NCBI RefSeq assembly: GCF_001194135.2
Contig: NC_068986.1
Location: forward strand, 79,688,817-79,749,091
Reading direction: 5' to 3'
Length of the DNA: 60,275 nt
DNA from: Octopus bimaculoides
Lineage: Eukaryota
Under the pieces are notes generated by a model that was given only the letters and a program-made list of their open reading frames with translations, had not been told where the DNA came from and made no database searches. This document shows, one piece after another, positions 1 through 12,261 of this stretch; the first letter of the stretch is position 1, and each line of letters begins with the position of its first letter. The position numbers were made by a program, and so were the translations under genes.

Positions 1-1520
1 TATATATATATATATATATAGGTATATATGCATATACATATATGAATACAAATACACTTGCATGTATGCATGTGTATATATGTGCGTTTGTATATATATA
101 TCTATCTATATATATATACGTAAATGCATACATACACATACATACAGTATTGGAATATTTAAATTTTCACTGCGTCATTATGTTGAGTGACTCTCACGCA
201 ATCTCCAGATCAGACATTAATCAGCAGAATGTGGTATGACCATGATGATGGCGACAGCTGTTGTGCTGTAATGATAATAATGGTGTTTGCGTTGGTGATC
301 GTAGTTTCGGTTGTGATGGTGGTGGTGGTGGCGGTAGTGGTGTTGGTGATGGTGGTGGTGGTGGTGGTGATGGTGATGCTGTTGCTGCTACTGCTGCTGT
401 TGCTGCTGCTGCTGGTTAGTAGTGGTGGAAACAACCACAAGAACGAACATCCCAAAATAGTGTGTAGGAAGTCTGAAAAGAAGCGAATGGTTTTAAAAGC
501 GTTTTGTTTTCGTTGATAGTAATAGCGACATGACATGGCGTAAATTACGAGTTATAACATTACTGTAACATGTTTAACCTGATATACATTACAGGTTAAA
601 CATGTTTTAACATTCACTCTGAATCCCACCCCTCACATCTCCGACCGCAGCCACTTGGCTGAAACACATAAATAAATAAATATATATATATATATATATA
701 TCATCATAAATATACAGGGATTAGCATTGAGTTGCTTCCCTGCCCTTATTCTTGTATATATATATATATATGAATNNNNNNNNNNNNNNNNNNNNNNNNN
801 NNNNNNNNNNNNNNNNNNNNNNNNNNNNNNNNNNNNNNNNNNNNNNNNNNNNNNNNNNNNNNNNNNNNNNNNNNNNNNNNNNNNNNNNNNNNNNNNNNNN
901 NNNNNNNNNNNNNNNNNNNNNNNNNNNNNNNNNNNNNNNNNNNNNNNNNNNNNNNNNNNNNNNNNNNNNNNNNNNNNNNNNNNNNNNNNNNNNNNNNNNN
1001 NNNNNNNNNNNNNNNNNNNNNNNNNNNNNNNNNNNNNNNNNNNNNNNNNNNNNNNNNNNNNNNNNNNNNNNNNNNNNNNNNNNNNNNNNNNNNNNNNNNN
1101 NNNNNNNNNNNNNNNNNNNNNNNNNNNNNNNNNNNNNNNNNNNNNNNNNNNNNNNNNNNNNNNNNNNNNNNNNNNNNNNNNNNNNNNNNNNNNNNNNNNN
1201 NNNNNNNNNNNNNNNNNNNNNNNNNNNNNNNNNNNNNNNNNNNNNNNNNNNNNNNNNNNNNNNNNNNNNNNNNNNNNNNNNNNNNNNNNNNNNNNNNNNN
1301 NNNNNNNNNNNNNNNNNNNNNNNNNNNNNNNNNNNNNNNNNNNNNNNNNNNNNNNNNNNNNNNNNNNNNNNNNNNNNNNNNNNNNNNNNNNNNNNNNNNN
1401 NNNNNNNNNNNNNNNNNNNNNNNNNNNNNNNNNNNNNNNNNNNNNNNNNNNNNNNNNNNNNNNNNNNNNNNNNNNNNNNNNNNNNNNNNNNNNNNNNNNN
1501 NNNNNNNNNNNNNNNNNNNN

Positions 1521-1557
<37 letters not shown>

Positions 1558-1576
1558 ACATGTGACAATTAGCTGG

Positions 1577-1651
1577 TTGTCATAATAAAACTCAGAGTTT
1601 CGGATACCGGGGACAAAGTCTGTTCAAGCATCTCATCAGCTATTAAGACAA
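1577..1651 (-). ncRNA. Type I hammerhead ribozyme (left arm of palindrome)
   Basis: The reverse complement reads TTGTCTTAATAG-CTGATGA-GATGCTTG...CCGGTATC-C-GAAA-CTC-T-GAG-TT-TTATTATGACAA. It has the canonical GAAAC and the same stems as the plus-strand copy. Confidence 0.8.
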
Positions 1652-1659
1652 AACGCGCG

Positions 1660-1734
1660 TTGTCTTAATAGCTGATGAGATGTTGGAACAGACTTCATCC
1701 CCGGCATCCGAAATTCTGAGTTTTATTATGACAA
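1660..1734 (+). ncRNA. Type I hammerhead ribozyme (right arm of palindrome)
   Basis: Stem I TTGTCTTAATAG(1660-1671) pairs with TTATTATGACAA(1723-1734), 11 of 12 positions. Core CTGATGA at 1672-1678. Stem II GATGTTGG/CCGGCATC with one extra C. GAAA at 1710-1713. Short palindromic stem III TTC-T-GAG. Predicted cleavage triplet GUU, cutting after 1722. Confidence 0.8.
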
Positions 1735-2180
1735 CCAACTAACTGTCACATATCATATTTATAGATAAATTCTTCTATTTTACATAATATCCAGGTCTCA
1801 TTTATTCTTCTGTTGTCATATTATTATTATTAATATATATATATATATGTATACTACAAATATAAGGATAAAATTTTATTAAAATATTTTATCAGTGGTC
1901 AGCATAGGAAAACTACCTTTTAAGGTGAAAATTAAAAATACAATTATAAATAAGGGCAAAAAAGAGATCGTCTAACCACATAAAATCTTCACTTATATTA
2001 TTGCACCACTTGTCAAAACGAGGAAAGCTAGCCAACAGAAATTCATGACCGACGACATTGTGTCGAGGCTTGCTACGGAATTTCTATTTGGATATATTTG
2101 GGGTACTTAAATGTATACATGACTGTGTACCTGCTTTTTCATGTGTATATCTAAGTATTTCAATTATTTTCATTATGTGT

Positions 2181-2242
2181 TCCTCGCTGATGAAAGAAGA
2201 GTCCTTTATGGATTAATCCAGAAATCGGTACGGATTCGGGGA
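2181..2242 (+). ncRNA. Degenerate type I hammerhead ribozyme
   Basis: Stem I TCCTCG/CGGGGA; CTGATGA 2187-2193; GAAA 2221-2224; near-palindromic stem III TCGGTACGGA; AUU triplet. The base of stem II does not pair. Confidence 0.5.
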
Positions 2243-2249
2243 TAACTAT

Positions 2250-3075
2250 ATTTTTATGAATTTCTGTTAGCTTGCTTTCCTCGTTTCGACACATGTTGTA
2301 ATAATATACGTGATGTTTTATGGGATTAGACGATTAACCGTCTATTCTTCAGCATATTGGCAAAGAAAATTTTTCTTTGATTGGTATTTAGGCAGTGTGT
2401 TACATATCCCGGCGCCCAAATAGTTATAGGTATAAACCTGAACTTGTAATCAGGATAGAGTAACTGCAGATATTTCAATAGTTCAGCGTAGGTATTCTCT
2501 TTTTCACTGATCTTCAGCTTTATGTCAACATCCACTGGGCAGCTGATTTCCTCAACTGTGCACGGTTTCTGTTTTCTATTCCAAATCATTTTATCAAGCC
2601 TACTGTATTTACATTTTATTGAGGTCTTCACTGGGACATTCCACTAGTACTTCTCTTTAATATGAATGGTTATGGACTCCACCATACTGTGAGTTTTTAT
2701 TTCTTTGTCCTCAGGTTATCCTTTCGATGGATCTCGTTATACAGTGTCGTAGCTACATCATGTCTCATTGGCAGATAATACTGTGATGAAACTTTTAGAT
2801 AACTGCTTATGATGTGAGTGATATCTTCGGTGTTAACTCCGCAAAGTCTGCATCGGTTGTCATATTTTACTGTTTTTCCTTCATCTCTGTCCCTTTTGTG
2901 CATCAGGTATTTGGTTGATATTTCCTGTTCTTCGATAGCAAACGCATACCCTTCAAAGTGATCAATATTACTATCATCTCTGAGCTTTCTACTAACATAT
3001 CCATGCAAGGTCTTCTGCTTATATATGCTCTTTTCATCTGGTGATATGTTGCAGTAGAGTCGTGCGACTTCTTTG
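2250..3075 (-). mobile_element. 3' fragment of RLE-type non-LTR retrotransposon (R4/Dong/NeSL-like), frameshifted
   Basis: [14 protein letters not shown](C>Y) zinc knuckle, RHD motif, and the endonuclease region EISCP..LQLLYPDYKFRFIPI in ORFs 2697-3080 and 2326-2631. Confidence 0.85.
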
Positions 3076-3191
3076 GGCATGTATGTATGTATGTATGTAT
3101 GTATGTATGTATGTATGTATGTATGTATGTATGTATGTATGCATGTATGTATGTATGTATGTATGTAAGTATGTATGCATGTACGTATGTA

Positions 3192-3274
<83 letters not shown>

Positions 3275-3394
3275 GTATTCACAAATCGATCCAGGCTGTC
3301 CGTCGTCTTTTCAATCTACAGGAAATTAGTTAATTTTACCATGTTTGTATGTGTATTATGTAACTGGTACTCCGTCAGTTACGACAGCCAGGAT

Positions 3395-3678
3395 TTCAGT
3401 TCATCCGATCAACAGAACAGCCTGCTCTCATTAATGTGAAAGTGGCTGAGCACACCACAGATACGTGTACTCTTTACATAGTTCTCATAGAGATTCAGCA
3501 TGACAGAATATGACAAGGCTGACCTTTTGAATTACACGAAATTCCCATTTTCGCCTGCACAGTGAGCTGCAGCAATGTGAAATAAAGTGGCATGTACAAG
3601 GACACAACGTACCGCCGGTTTTCGAACTCACAACCTTACAATCGTGAGCCAAGTACCCTAACCATCAGGCCACGCGCT
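3395..3678 (-). mobile_element. tRNA-derived SINE with CORE-like domain (family C), decayed
   Basis: The minus strand has an A/B-box-like head followed by the TGTGTCCTTGTAC..CACTTTATTTCACATTGC CORE-like block. Confidence 0.65.
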
Positions 3679-3850
3679 CTAGAATTAAATGCCACATATA
3701 TGAATTACAAGAAAAAGAGTCTTGAACTGGACATGCCATTCTCTATGCATATAGGGATGGTGTTTGGCCAGTATTAATGCTCCTTCATTGTAAAACGAGG
3801 GAAGGTATACATATTTGTACAGATGTGTACATACATAAATACACACACAT

Positions 3851-3883
<33 letters not shown>

Positions 3884-4068
3884 CAGACATATATGCATAT
3901 TTATATATANNNNNNNNNNTATTAATGCTCCTTCATTGTAAAACGAGGGAAGGTATACATATTTGTACAGATGTGTACATACATAAATACACACACATAC
4001 ATATATAATATATATGTATATGTACATATACATATATATTATATATGTATGTGTGTGTATATATTTAT

Positions 4069-4493
4069 ACTCTTTACTCTCTTTTACTCTTTTATTTGTT
4101 TCAGTCATTTGACTGCGGCCATGCTGGAGCACCACTTTCTTTAGTCGAGCAAATCGACCCCAGGATTTATTCTTTGGAAGCCTAGTACTTATTCTATCGG
4201 TCTCTTTTGCCGAACCGCTAAGTTACGGGGACGTAAACACACCAGCATCGGTTGTCAAGCGATGTTGAGGGGACGAACACAGACACAAACATATAGACGC
4301 ACATACACACACATATATATATACGCACATATATGACGGGCTTCTTTCAGTTTCCGTCTACCAAATCCACTCACAAGGCTTTGGTCGGCCCGAGGCTATA
4401 GTAGAAGACACTTGTCCAAGGTGCCACGCAGTGGGAATGAACCCGGAACCATGTGGTTGGTAAGCAAGCTACTTACCACACAGCTACTCCTGC
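4069..4493 (-). mobile_element. Full-length composite tRNA/CORE-like SINE (family A)
   Basis: A-box TAGCTGTGTGG, B-box GGTTCATTCCC, CCTTGGACAAGTGTCTTCT core, internal CA/TA microsatellite, 3' hairpin and (TAAAAGAG)n tail. Near-identical to 56123-56530. Confidence 0.9.
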
Positions 4494-4709
4494 ATATATG
4501 TATATATGCATACGCACACGTACTTACATAAACATGTGCATGCATATATACATAGTGTAAGCATCTGTTTGATATCTAAATTCCAATAAAAGAGCTTTGT
4601 TTCAAAGTTAAGAATTTCATTGGTTAGAAATATAAAATATACAAATAGAAGAACACATGTAAGCAAATACATACACATAGACACTGCAAGCAAGTCTCAA
4701 GTCCATCAC

Positions 4710-5060
4710 TTGCAGAAATGCTGCTGGAATTGAAGTGCAATATATGTGGACGATTTCTTCTGTCAAGAGCTGGATTAGTTAATCAGCTGACCTCACATGA
4801 ATGAGAGGTAAATGAAGCAGCTTGTGAGATAGTTGTGTCGACATGCCTTCGGCGGCACATGTCTAATGAATGTGGCTTAATTTGCGTATCTTGGGGCAAA
4901 CTGAACTGACAAGACATAGAAAAACATACGAGGTCACAACTCAGACAGTGATGAAAGGACACAGTTCAGATATTAAATTTGAGAACGTGCTCACAGAACG
5001 GAAGCAGGAATGAAGAGGCACGTGCATGTACATAGTCTTGCAAAGTTCAAGGAAGGAATA
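4710..5060 (+). mobile_element. Decayed C2H2-like zinc-finger tail, probably the C-terminus of a LINE
   Basis: Translates as LKCNICGRFLLSRAGLVNQLTSH and RTEAGMKRHVHVH, with stops. Resembles the C-terminal zinc fingers of CR1/RTE-group LINE ORF2. Confidence 0.4.
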
Positions 5061-6239
5061 CCACTCCTCTGGCAAGAAGCAATCAACATATGCACACGCA
5101 TAAGCACACACACACACATACACGCACACATATATAAGTATACATATGTATATATGTATATGTATATGCATATATATATATATATATATATATANNNNNN
5201 NNNNNNNNNNNNNNNNNNNNNNNNNNNNNNNNNNNNNNNNNNNNNNNNNNNNNNNNNNNNNNNNNNNNNNNNNNNNNNNNNNNNNNNNNNNNNNNNNNNN
5301 NNNNNNNNNNNNNNNNNNNNNNNNNNNNNNNNNNNNNNNNNNNNNNNNNNNNNNNNNNNNNNNNNNNNNNNNNNNNNNNNNNNNNNNNNNNNNNNNNNNN
5401 NNNNNNNNNNNNNNNNNNNNNNNNNNNNNNNNNNNNNNNNNNNNNNNNNNNNNNNNNNNNNNNNNNNNNNNNNNNNNNNNNNNNNNNNNNNNNNNNNNNN
5501 NNNNNNNNNNNNNNNNNNNNNNNNNNNNNNNNNNNNNNNNNNNNNNNNNNNNNNNNNNNNNNNNNNNNNNNNNNNNNNNNNNNNNNNNNNNNNNNNNNNN
5601 NNNNNNNNNNNNNNNNNNNNNNNNNNNNNNNNNNNNNNNNNNNNNNNNNNNNNNNNNNNNNNNNNNNNNNNNNNNNNNNNNNNNNNNNNNNNNNNNNNNN
5701 NNNNNNNNNNNNNNNNNNNNNNNNNNNNNNNNNNNNNNNNNNNNNNNNNNNNNNNNNNNNNNNNNNNNNNNNNNNNNNNNNNNNNNNNNNNNNNNNNNNN
5801 NNNNNNNNNNNNNNNNNNNNNNNNNNNNNNNNNNNNNNNNNNNNNNNNNNNNNNNNNNNNNNNNNNNNNATATATATATATATATATACATGTATGCATG
5901 TATGTATGTATATAGATACATATGCATGTATGTCTGAGTGTTGGTGTGCGTGTGTGCGTGTGTGCATAAGTGTGTTTGAGTGTGTGTGAGTATGTGGGGA
6001 TGGTGTCAGTCTATGTCAGTGTGTGTGTGCACATACGAACACATATGAGATGTCAATAAAACAAGACGATTGTCTTAATTTAACTGTGACATTATCTTTA
6101 TGCTTACAAGAAACGGGTTTATCTAAATTGTAGTTTTCTATGCATTACATACAAGAATATAATTTTGTATATGTACATATGAGTGCATATGCATAGTATG
6201 TTATGCTCAGCGAAAGAACGATATCGATGGCAGCAATTA

Positions 6240-6458
6240 AAATACTAAAAAAAAAAAAAAAGGAAAAGTGCCCTGGCAGCCATCTTCTTATTTTCGTTCG
6301 TTTTTGAGTATATATTATTTTATCTGTCTACATGCGAACTCTGTTAGATAAGGGATGCTGCGTATCTGAACAGGTGTAGAAAACACCTTTTATTACATAT
6401 TGCTAACAATAAATAGTGCAACACAATTAAATCTTTTGTTTATAATACAATCACTACA
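6240..6458 (+). repeat. Unclassified ~220-bp dispersed repeat, copy 1
   Basis: Alignable by eye to 10428-10632 (TTCGTTTTTGAGTATA..CTACATGCGAACTCT..ACAGGTGTAGAAAA..ATCACTAC). Confidence 0.8.
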
Positions 6459-7160
6459 GCGATAAATTTACCTGTTTTTTTTTCTTTCTTTATTATTTGC
6501 GTATGAGTGTCGGACGACTGGTTTTGTGAATATATACACTCTGTGTGGGAGTAGAACATAGTAGGATAGCGGTGGGGTCCATTGGTGTAGTAGTGATGTG
6601 AAGGTGCGGATGTTTAAATTTACACTCCTGTGTATATGTATATTTATGCGTGTAAGTGTTTGTATGAAGATGTGGCTGAGAGTGTATTGGTATTGCTTAG
6701 CGTTTGGTTCTAATGCCGGAATTGTATGTGTATAAAATCACAATAAACAAAAAGTATCCAAGTATAAAAATAAAAAAGCGAATATCACAATCAAGGTAAA
6801 CAGACCAGATGCATTGGCTTCCTGTGGCTAGAAAGTACAAAGAGATAAGGATGATCTTATTATCAAAGACGTAAAGTAACCAGATCTGGCTGAGGAAAAA
6901 TCTACAAGACAAATAAAAATTTCAATAATAGAAAAAGAATTACTGAATTCCAGCTGTTAAGTTGACGTTTTACACATGCGCGCGCCCGCGTACACAAACA
7001 CACGCACAGACACACACAGACGCACACACACAGACGCACACACACATACGCACACACTCACACATATACACAAAGATATATATATAAACATGCATACATA
7101 TATAAACATATATATTTATACATGCATATATATATACATGTGTGTGTGAGTGTGAGTGTG

Positions 7161-7194
<34 letters not shown>

Positions 7195-8132
7195 TGTGCA
7201 TATTTATGTGTGTATGTAACTAAGAACTAAATTTTTTAGTATGTTTCTGTACCAAAAGCTTAATGTAATATAAATATCCTGTCATCTCATATGAAGAGTC
7301 CCAAATTTACTCAAATTACACGCACACACACACACACAAACATACATACACTCACACACATACATACACATACGCACACACTACATCTACACAAACATAC
7401 ATGTACATACAAATGCATATATACGTATATATATATAAATATAAATATAAATATATATAAATATAAATAAATAAATNNNNNNNNNNNNNNNNNNNNNNNN
7501 NNNNNNNNNNNNNNNNNNNNNNNNNNNNNNNNNNNNNNNNNNNNNNNNNNNNNNNNNNNNNNNNNNNNNNNNNNNNNNNNNNNNNNNNNNNNNNNNNNNN
7601 NNNNNNNNNNNNNNNNNNNNNNNNNNNNNNNNNNNNNNNNNNNNNNNNNNNNNNNNNNNNNNNNNNNNNNNNNNNNNNNNNNNNNNNNNNNNNNNNNNNN
7701 NNNNNNNNNNNNNNNNNNNNNNNNNNNNNNNNNNNNNNNNNNNNNNNNNNNNNNNNNNNNNNNNNNNNNNNNNNNNNNNNNNNNNNNNNNNNNNNNNNNN
7801 NNNNNNNNNNNNNNNNNNNNNNNNNNNNNNNNNNNNNNNNNNNNNNNNNNNNNNNATACATGAGAATAGGTACATGAATAATTTATTAAATGTAAGACAA
7901 TATTCCAACCTTAGCTCTAAAATAATTTTCGTCTGTTGCAGCATAGAATCTGATATGATCCAGTTCAATGCATACCATGCCTCTTGAGCTGATTCTCCGA
8001 CATGTTCTTTCATGCGGTTATAAACCAGAGATTGACTTTTTTACATCTAGGTCTCTTAGTTTGTTCTCTGTCACTTTGATCTAGACATACACACAGATAC
8101 GTATATACACAAATATGCACAGGTTTATGTCT

Positions 8133-8208
<76 letters not shown>

Positions 8209-8975
8209 GCACACACAAGCACTCACAGACGCACACGCACACATGCACGCACACACACACAAATATATACGAGTATGTGTGGGGGGGGGGAGAGTAAGGG
8301 AGGGAGAAAGAGGGAGAGATATTAAACCAAACGTGAATGCAGTCGATCAAATCTTCCGATTGAGAAGTCATGACACTAACGTCACTCTTACTAACTTGCA
8401 GTGATAACTATTATCAAGAACAGAAGACAAATAGCTTTGTTCAATATCTAGGACTTGCTCCACTAGTAGACCATACAGCCGCCTACCATTAATTTACAAT
8501 TAAACTAAAAGACCTTATCTTCGAGTCTACTGATGACTGATCAATGATTAATTTTCAGAATAAATACAGGCAGTGAGCGTATATATATATTTCCACACTC
8601 ATACATACTCATACACATACACCTGCTGATATATATATTAGATTCGCGTTTGGCCGTACGGATTTTTTATGTTGCTTTTACTGTCGAATTTTTCCTGTCT
8701 TGGTTTACGTTTGCCACCTTGGAATCCTCTGTTTAGTGGGTTGATCCACTACTCAGGAAGAGACTATTCTAGAGTACGTTCTGCCTTATCTTCGAAACGT
8801 CTAGTTAGAATAGAGGCAGCTGATGAATAATTCCAAGCGGCTTTCTGTTTTCCTATGTGTTCGTTCCGTTGTCTGTAGTTCATTGTTCTAACGTCATGTA
8901 CCCTGATATGCATCTATATACACATGTAGATGTAAGTATATACATATATGTGTGTATACATGCATATATAGTCTT

Positions 8976-9012
<37 letters not shown>

Positions 9013-9049
9013 GGGCTGAGTGTTTGTGAGTGTGTGTGCGTGTGTACGA

Positions 9050-9760
9050 AAGTCTTTCAGGCAATTATCACGTACAAAATTCCAGTTAGAATGTGTTGGT
9101 CAACTTCAGTGTATGCTAGAAGGTACCCACTCACACAAGTTACTGTGTTGTGAAATCGAACTTACAACTGCCTGCTTCCGTAATGGACTTCTTAAGCATG
9201 CCACATTTCCATGCCAACGTTGGATTCACTCTTCGAGACTTGTTTGTCACAGAATTCTGGCTAAACTTGTAGATTTTAATCTTTCGCGTTAGTGTCAAAG
9301 ACAACACAGCTATATAAATAAAATAAATAATTTCTAATCGAAAATCGTAATTTGGTAGTGGAATCCGATAGCATAATATTCTTGCAGAACTTCTTGGGTA
9401 TTTTATTGTGTACAATACTGGCAATATTTGGAGTTTTCTAATATACACAAATTACAAAACCTAAACGGATTTTAGTGTTATAGGAAATGGCAAGTGTTCT
9501 CCTCATGCAATTCCCCAATGGTTATAGTGCTCTTTAAGGAACAGAAATAGCTCCAACTGATAATTGTTAAAGTATTAGGAATCTCTGCGAGCCGGAAGAT
9601 TACATTTTTCTTTATGAGCTCACTAAGAGAAAGGCCGAGGTTAAGGAGGCAAGCTCACGGATAGACAATGTGTCTGTGATTGGTGATATTTTACTCTACA
9701 TATGTTGACAATTCTATTATGAAACTTGGAAACATAACTCGAAAACTTGAAGAAAGGTGT
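9050..9760 (-). mobile_element. Possible highly decayed mariner transposase relic
   Basis: Only fragmentary resemblance on the minus strand to mariner segments (RK..ARWVP region and a PAY.PDL-like region); many stops. Confidence 0.3.
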
Positions 9761-9944
9761 AAAAAAAAAAAATTAATATAGAAAACAGAACTACAAAACA
9801 GTATTTTTTTTTTTTTAGGTTGTTACAAATTAAATTTCAAAGCATAATTTTATCCTGTTATATAAATGTAACAAAACACACCTCGGCAGTGATCTACGAT
9901 ATTGCAGCGATGCTTTGCTATATTTCTGTGGTGGGATTATACAG

Positions 9945-10099
9945 ACAGACAAACAGACAAACAGAGTGACAGAGAGATAGACAGACAGGTAGAGGGAAAG
10001 ACATGTAGTTAGACATACTGACAGAAAGACAGGCAGACAGACAGACAGGCGGACAGACAGGCAGGCAGACAGGTAGGCAGACAGACAGACAGGCAGACA

Positions 10100-10132
<33 letters not shown>

Positions 10133-10314
10133 ACAGGCAGACAGGCAGGCAGACAGGCAGACAGGCAGTTAGACAGACATACTGACTGACAGTCAGAAAG
10201 ACAGGCAGACAGACAGACAGACAGATAGATAGGTAGATAGATAGATAACTTTCTTTTATTAGCCACACAGGGCTGCACACAGAGGGGACAAATACAACTG
10301 TAGAGCTTTTCTTT

Positions 10315-10365
<51 letters not shown>
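9945..10365 (+). repeat. Compound (GACA/GGCA)n and (GATA)n microsatellite
   Basis: Read directly. Confidence 0.95.
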
Positions 10366-10367
<2 letters not shown>

Positions 10368-10427
10368 GGTGGTTTCGATTTTTGTAAGAGTGATCCATTG
10401 TGTCCTTGAGCAGGGTACTTCATTTAA

Positions 10428-10632
10428 AATACTAAAACTGAAAAAGCGATCCGGCAGCCCTTTATGTTCATTCGTTTTTGAGTATACGTTATTTTATCTA
10501 TCTACATGCGAACTCTATTAGATAATGGATGTTCTGTATCTGGACAGGTGTAGAAAATATCTTTTATTGCATATTACTAACAATAAATAACGCAACACTA
10601 TTAAATATTTTGTTTATAATAAAATCACTACT
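10428..10632 (+). repeat. Unclassified ~220-bp dispersed repeat, copy 2
   Basis: Direct-orientation homolog of 6240-6458. Confidence 0.8.
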
Positions 10633-10669
10633 TTAATCTAAAGAACAACCAACAGATTGTTGATACAGC

Positions 10670-10774
<105 letters not shown>

Positions 10775-11029
10775 TGGACTGTCTTATCCTGGAAGTTCCA
10801 TGGGAACAAGTGTGGAACGACCAAGAATATGTCAGTGTTTGCTCGTTTCAGCAAAGATTATATTGAAGAAAACCAAGTAATGTATTTTTACAATACGCAA
10901 TTAACCTGAAAAATTGTTTACTAAGTTACAAATATCAATATCATACTTCCAGACACAATATTGTGAAGTTCCATCTCAATGTTAAAAATGGGAGAGTGTT
11001 GTCGTGTTCTTTATTTACATTATGTTATT

Positions 11030-11235
11030 ATCTACCAAATCGTTAGAACGACGGCCACAATGCATTGCGGCATTTAGCTGCCTTTACGTTCTATGTTTAA
11101 ATTCCGCTGTGGTTGACTTTGACTTTCGTGCTTTCGGAGTCGATGAAATAAGTACCAGTTGAGCACTGGGATCGATGTAAGCAACTTTCCCCCCTCACCC
11201 ACAATTGCTGGCCTAGTGACAAAATTTGAAACCAA
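11030..11235 (+). mobile_element. SINE family B (tRNA-like head plus conserved GCCTTTCATCC..GTCGAT..AAGTACCAG central domain), decayed
   Basis: Alignable to the family B copy at 14354-14570. Confidence 0.75.
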
Positions 11236-11305
11236 CATGTTATCTTCTAAGGCGGTGATCTGTCAAAATCGTTAGCACGCTAGTCATAGTGCATAGTAGG
11301 ACGAA

Positions 11306-11357
<52 letters not shown>

Positions 11358-11694
11358 CACACACATATTCAACGGACTTCCTTCAGTTTCCGTCTGCCAA
11401 ATCCACTCACAAGGCTTTGGTCGGCCCAGTGTTCATGCCCCATAACTTAACGATAACGGTTCTGCAAAAGAGTCCGATAGAATAAACAGCAGACTTTAAA
11501 AAATAAGTTCTGGGAGTCGATTCATATAACTGACACAAGTAAAACACAAAAGATATTGTCTCACTTATCAGGATCGACAGTTGTGAGCTATATTTCCTAT
11601 CACATTTGTTGACATGGAAGAGCTCTAGTGCTTAATGGTCGTAAGTTTAAATAAATGAAGGAGTTACGTCATGTTGCTTATAATTTCTACGATA

Positions 11695-11874
11695 GGTGCA
11701 GGTGTGGCTGAGTGGTAATAAGCTGGCTTCTTAACCACATGGTTTCTGGTTCAGTCCCACTTCGTAGCATCTTAGAAAACTGGCTTCTTCTCTAGCCTCT
11801 GGCTGACCAAACCCTTGTGAGTGGATTTGGTAGACGGAGTCTGAAAGAAACCCGTCGTATATGTGTGTGTGTGT

Positions 11875-11911
<37 letters not shown>

Positions 11912-12121
11912 TGTCTGTCTGTCTTTGAGTCTGTTTGTCTCCACCACCACTTGACAACCGAAGTTGGTGTGTTTACGTCCCCACATACTAGTAGTTCTGC
12001 CAAAGTGACCGATAGAATAAGTACCAGACTTTAAAAAATTAAGTACTGGGGTCAATTCGTTCGACTAAAAATTCTTCAGTGCGGTGCCCCAGCATGGCCA
12101 CAGTCTAATGACTAAAACAAG
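11695..12121 (+). mobile_element. Full-length family A SINE
   Basis: Head GGTGCAGGTGTGGCTGAGTGG, core, internal (TG)n, and 3' half ending CAGTCTAATGACTAAAAC. Confidence 0.85.
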
Positions 12122-12261
12122 CTAGAACAAGTGGAAATTAAAACAAGGATATAGCAATAACTAGAAGAGGAAACGAACGTTTGGGCCAGTACACAATATT
12201 TCCTCTCATGCTTAGATGGATAGAATTTGCTAGGAGTTGGATGCTTTCCATACCTTTTAAC

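Larger units (their letters stand above)
1560..1751. repeat. Long imperfect inverted repeat (about 92-bp arms, 8-nt loop AACGCGCG)
   Basis: The arms match base for base; the few differences are mostly transitions. Confidence 0.95.

Noticed and set aside
3772-4000. 81-bp exact direct repeat (3772-3852 and 3920-4000)
   Set aside because: It flanks a 10-N gap, which is typical of an unmerged contig overlap.
8530-8565. CTGATGA followed by CTGA..TCAG hairpin as a hammerhead
   Set aside because: No GAAA follows the stem, and there is no stem I or III.
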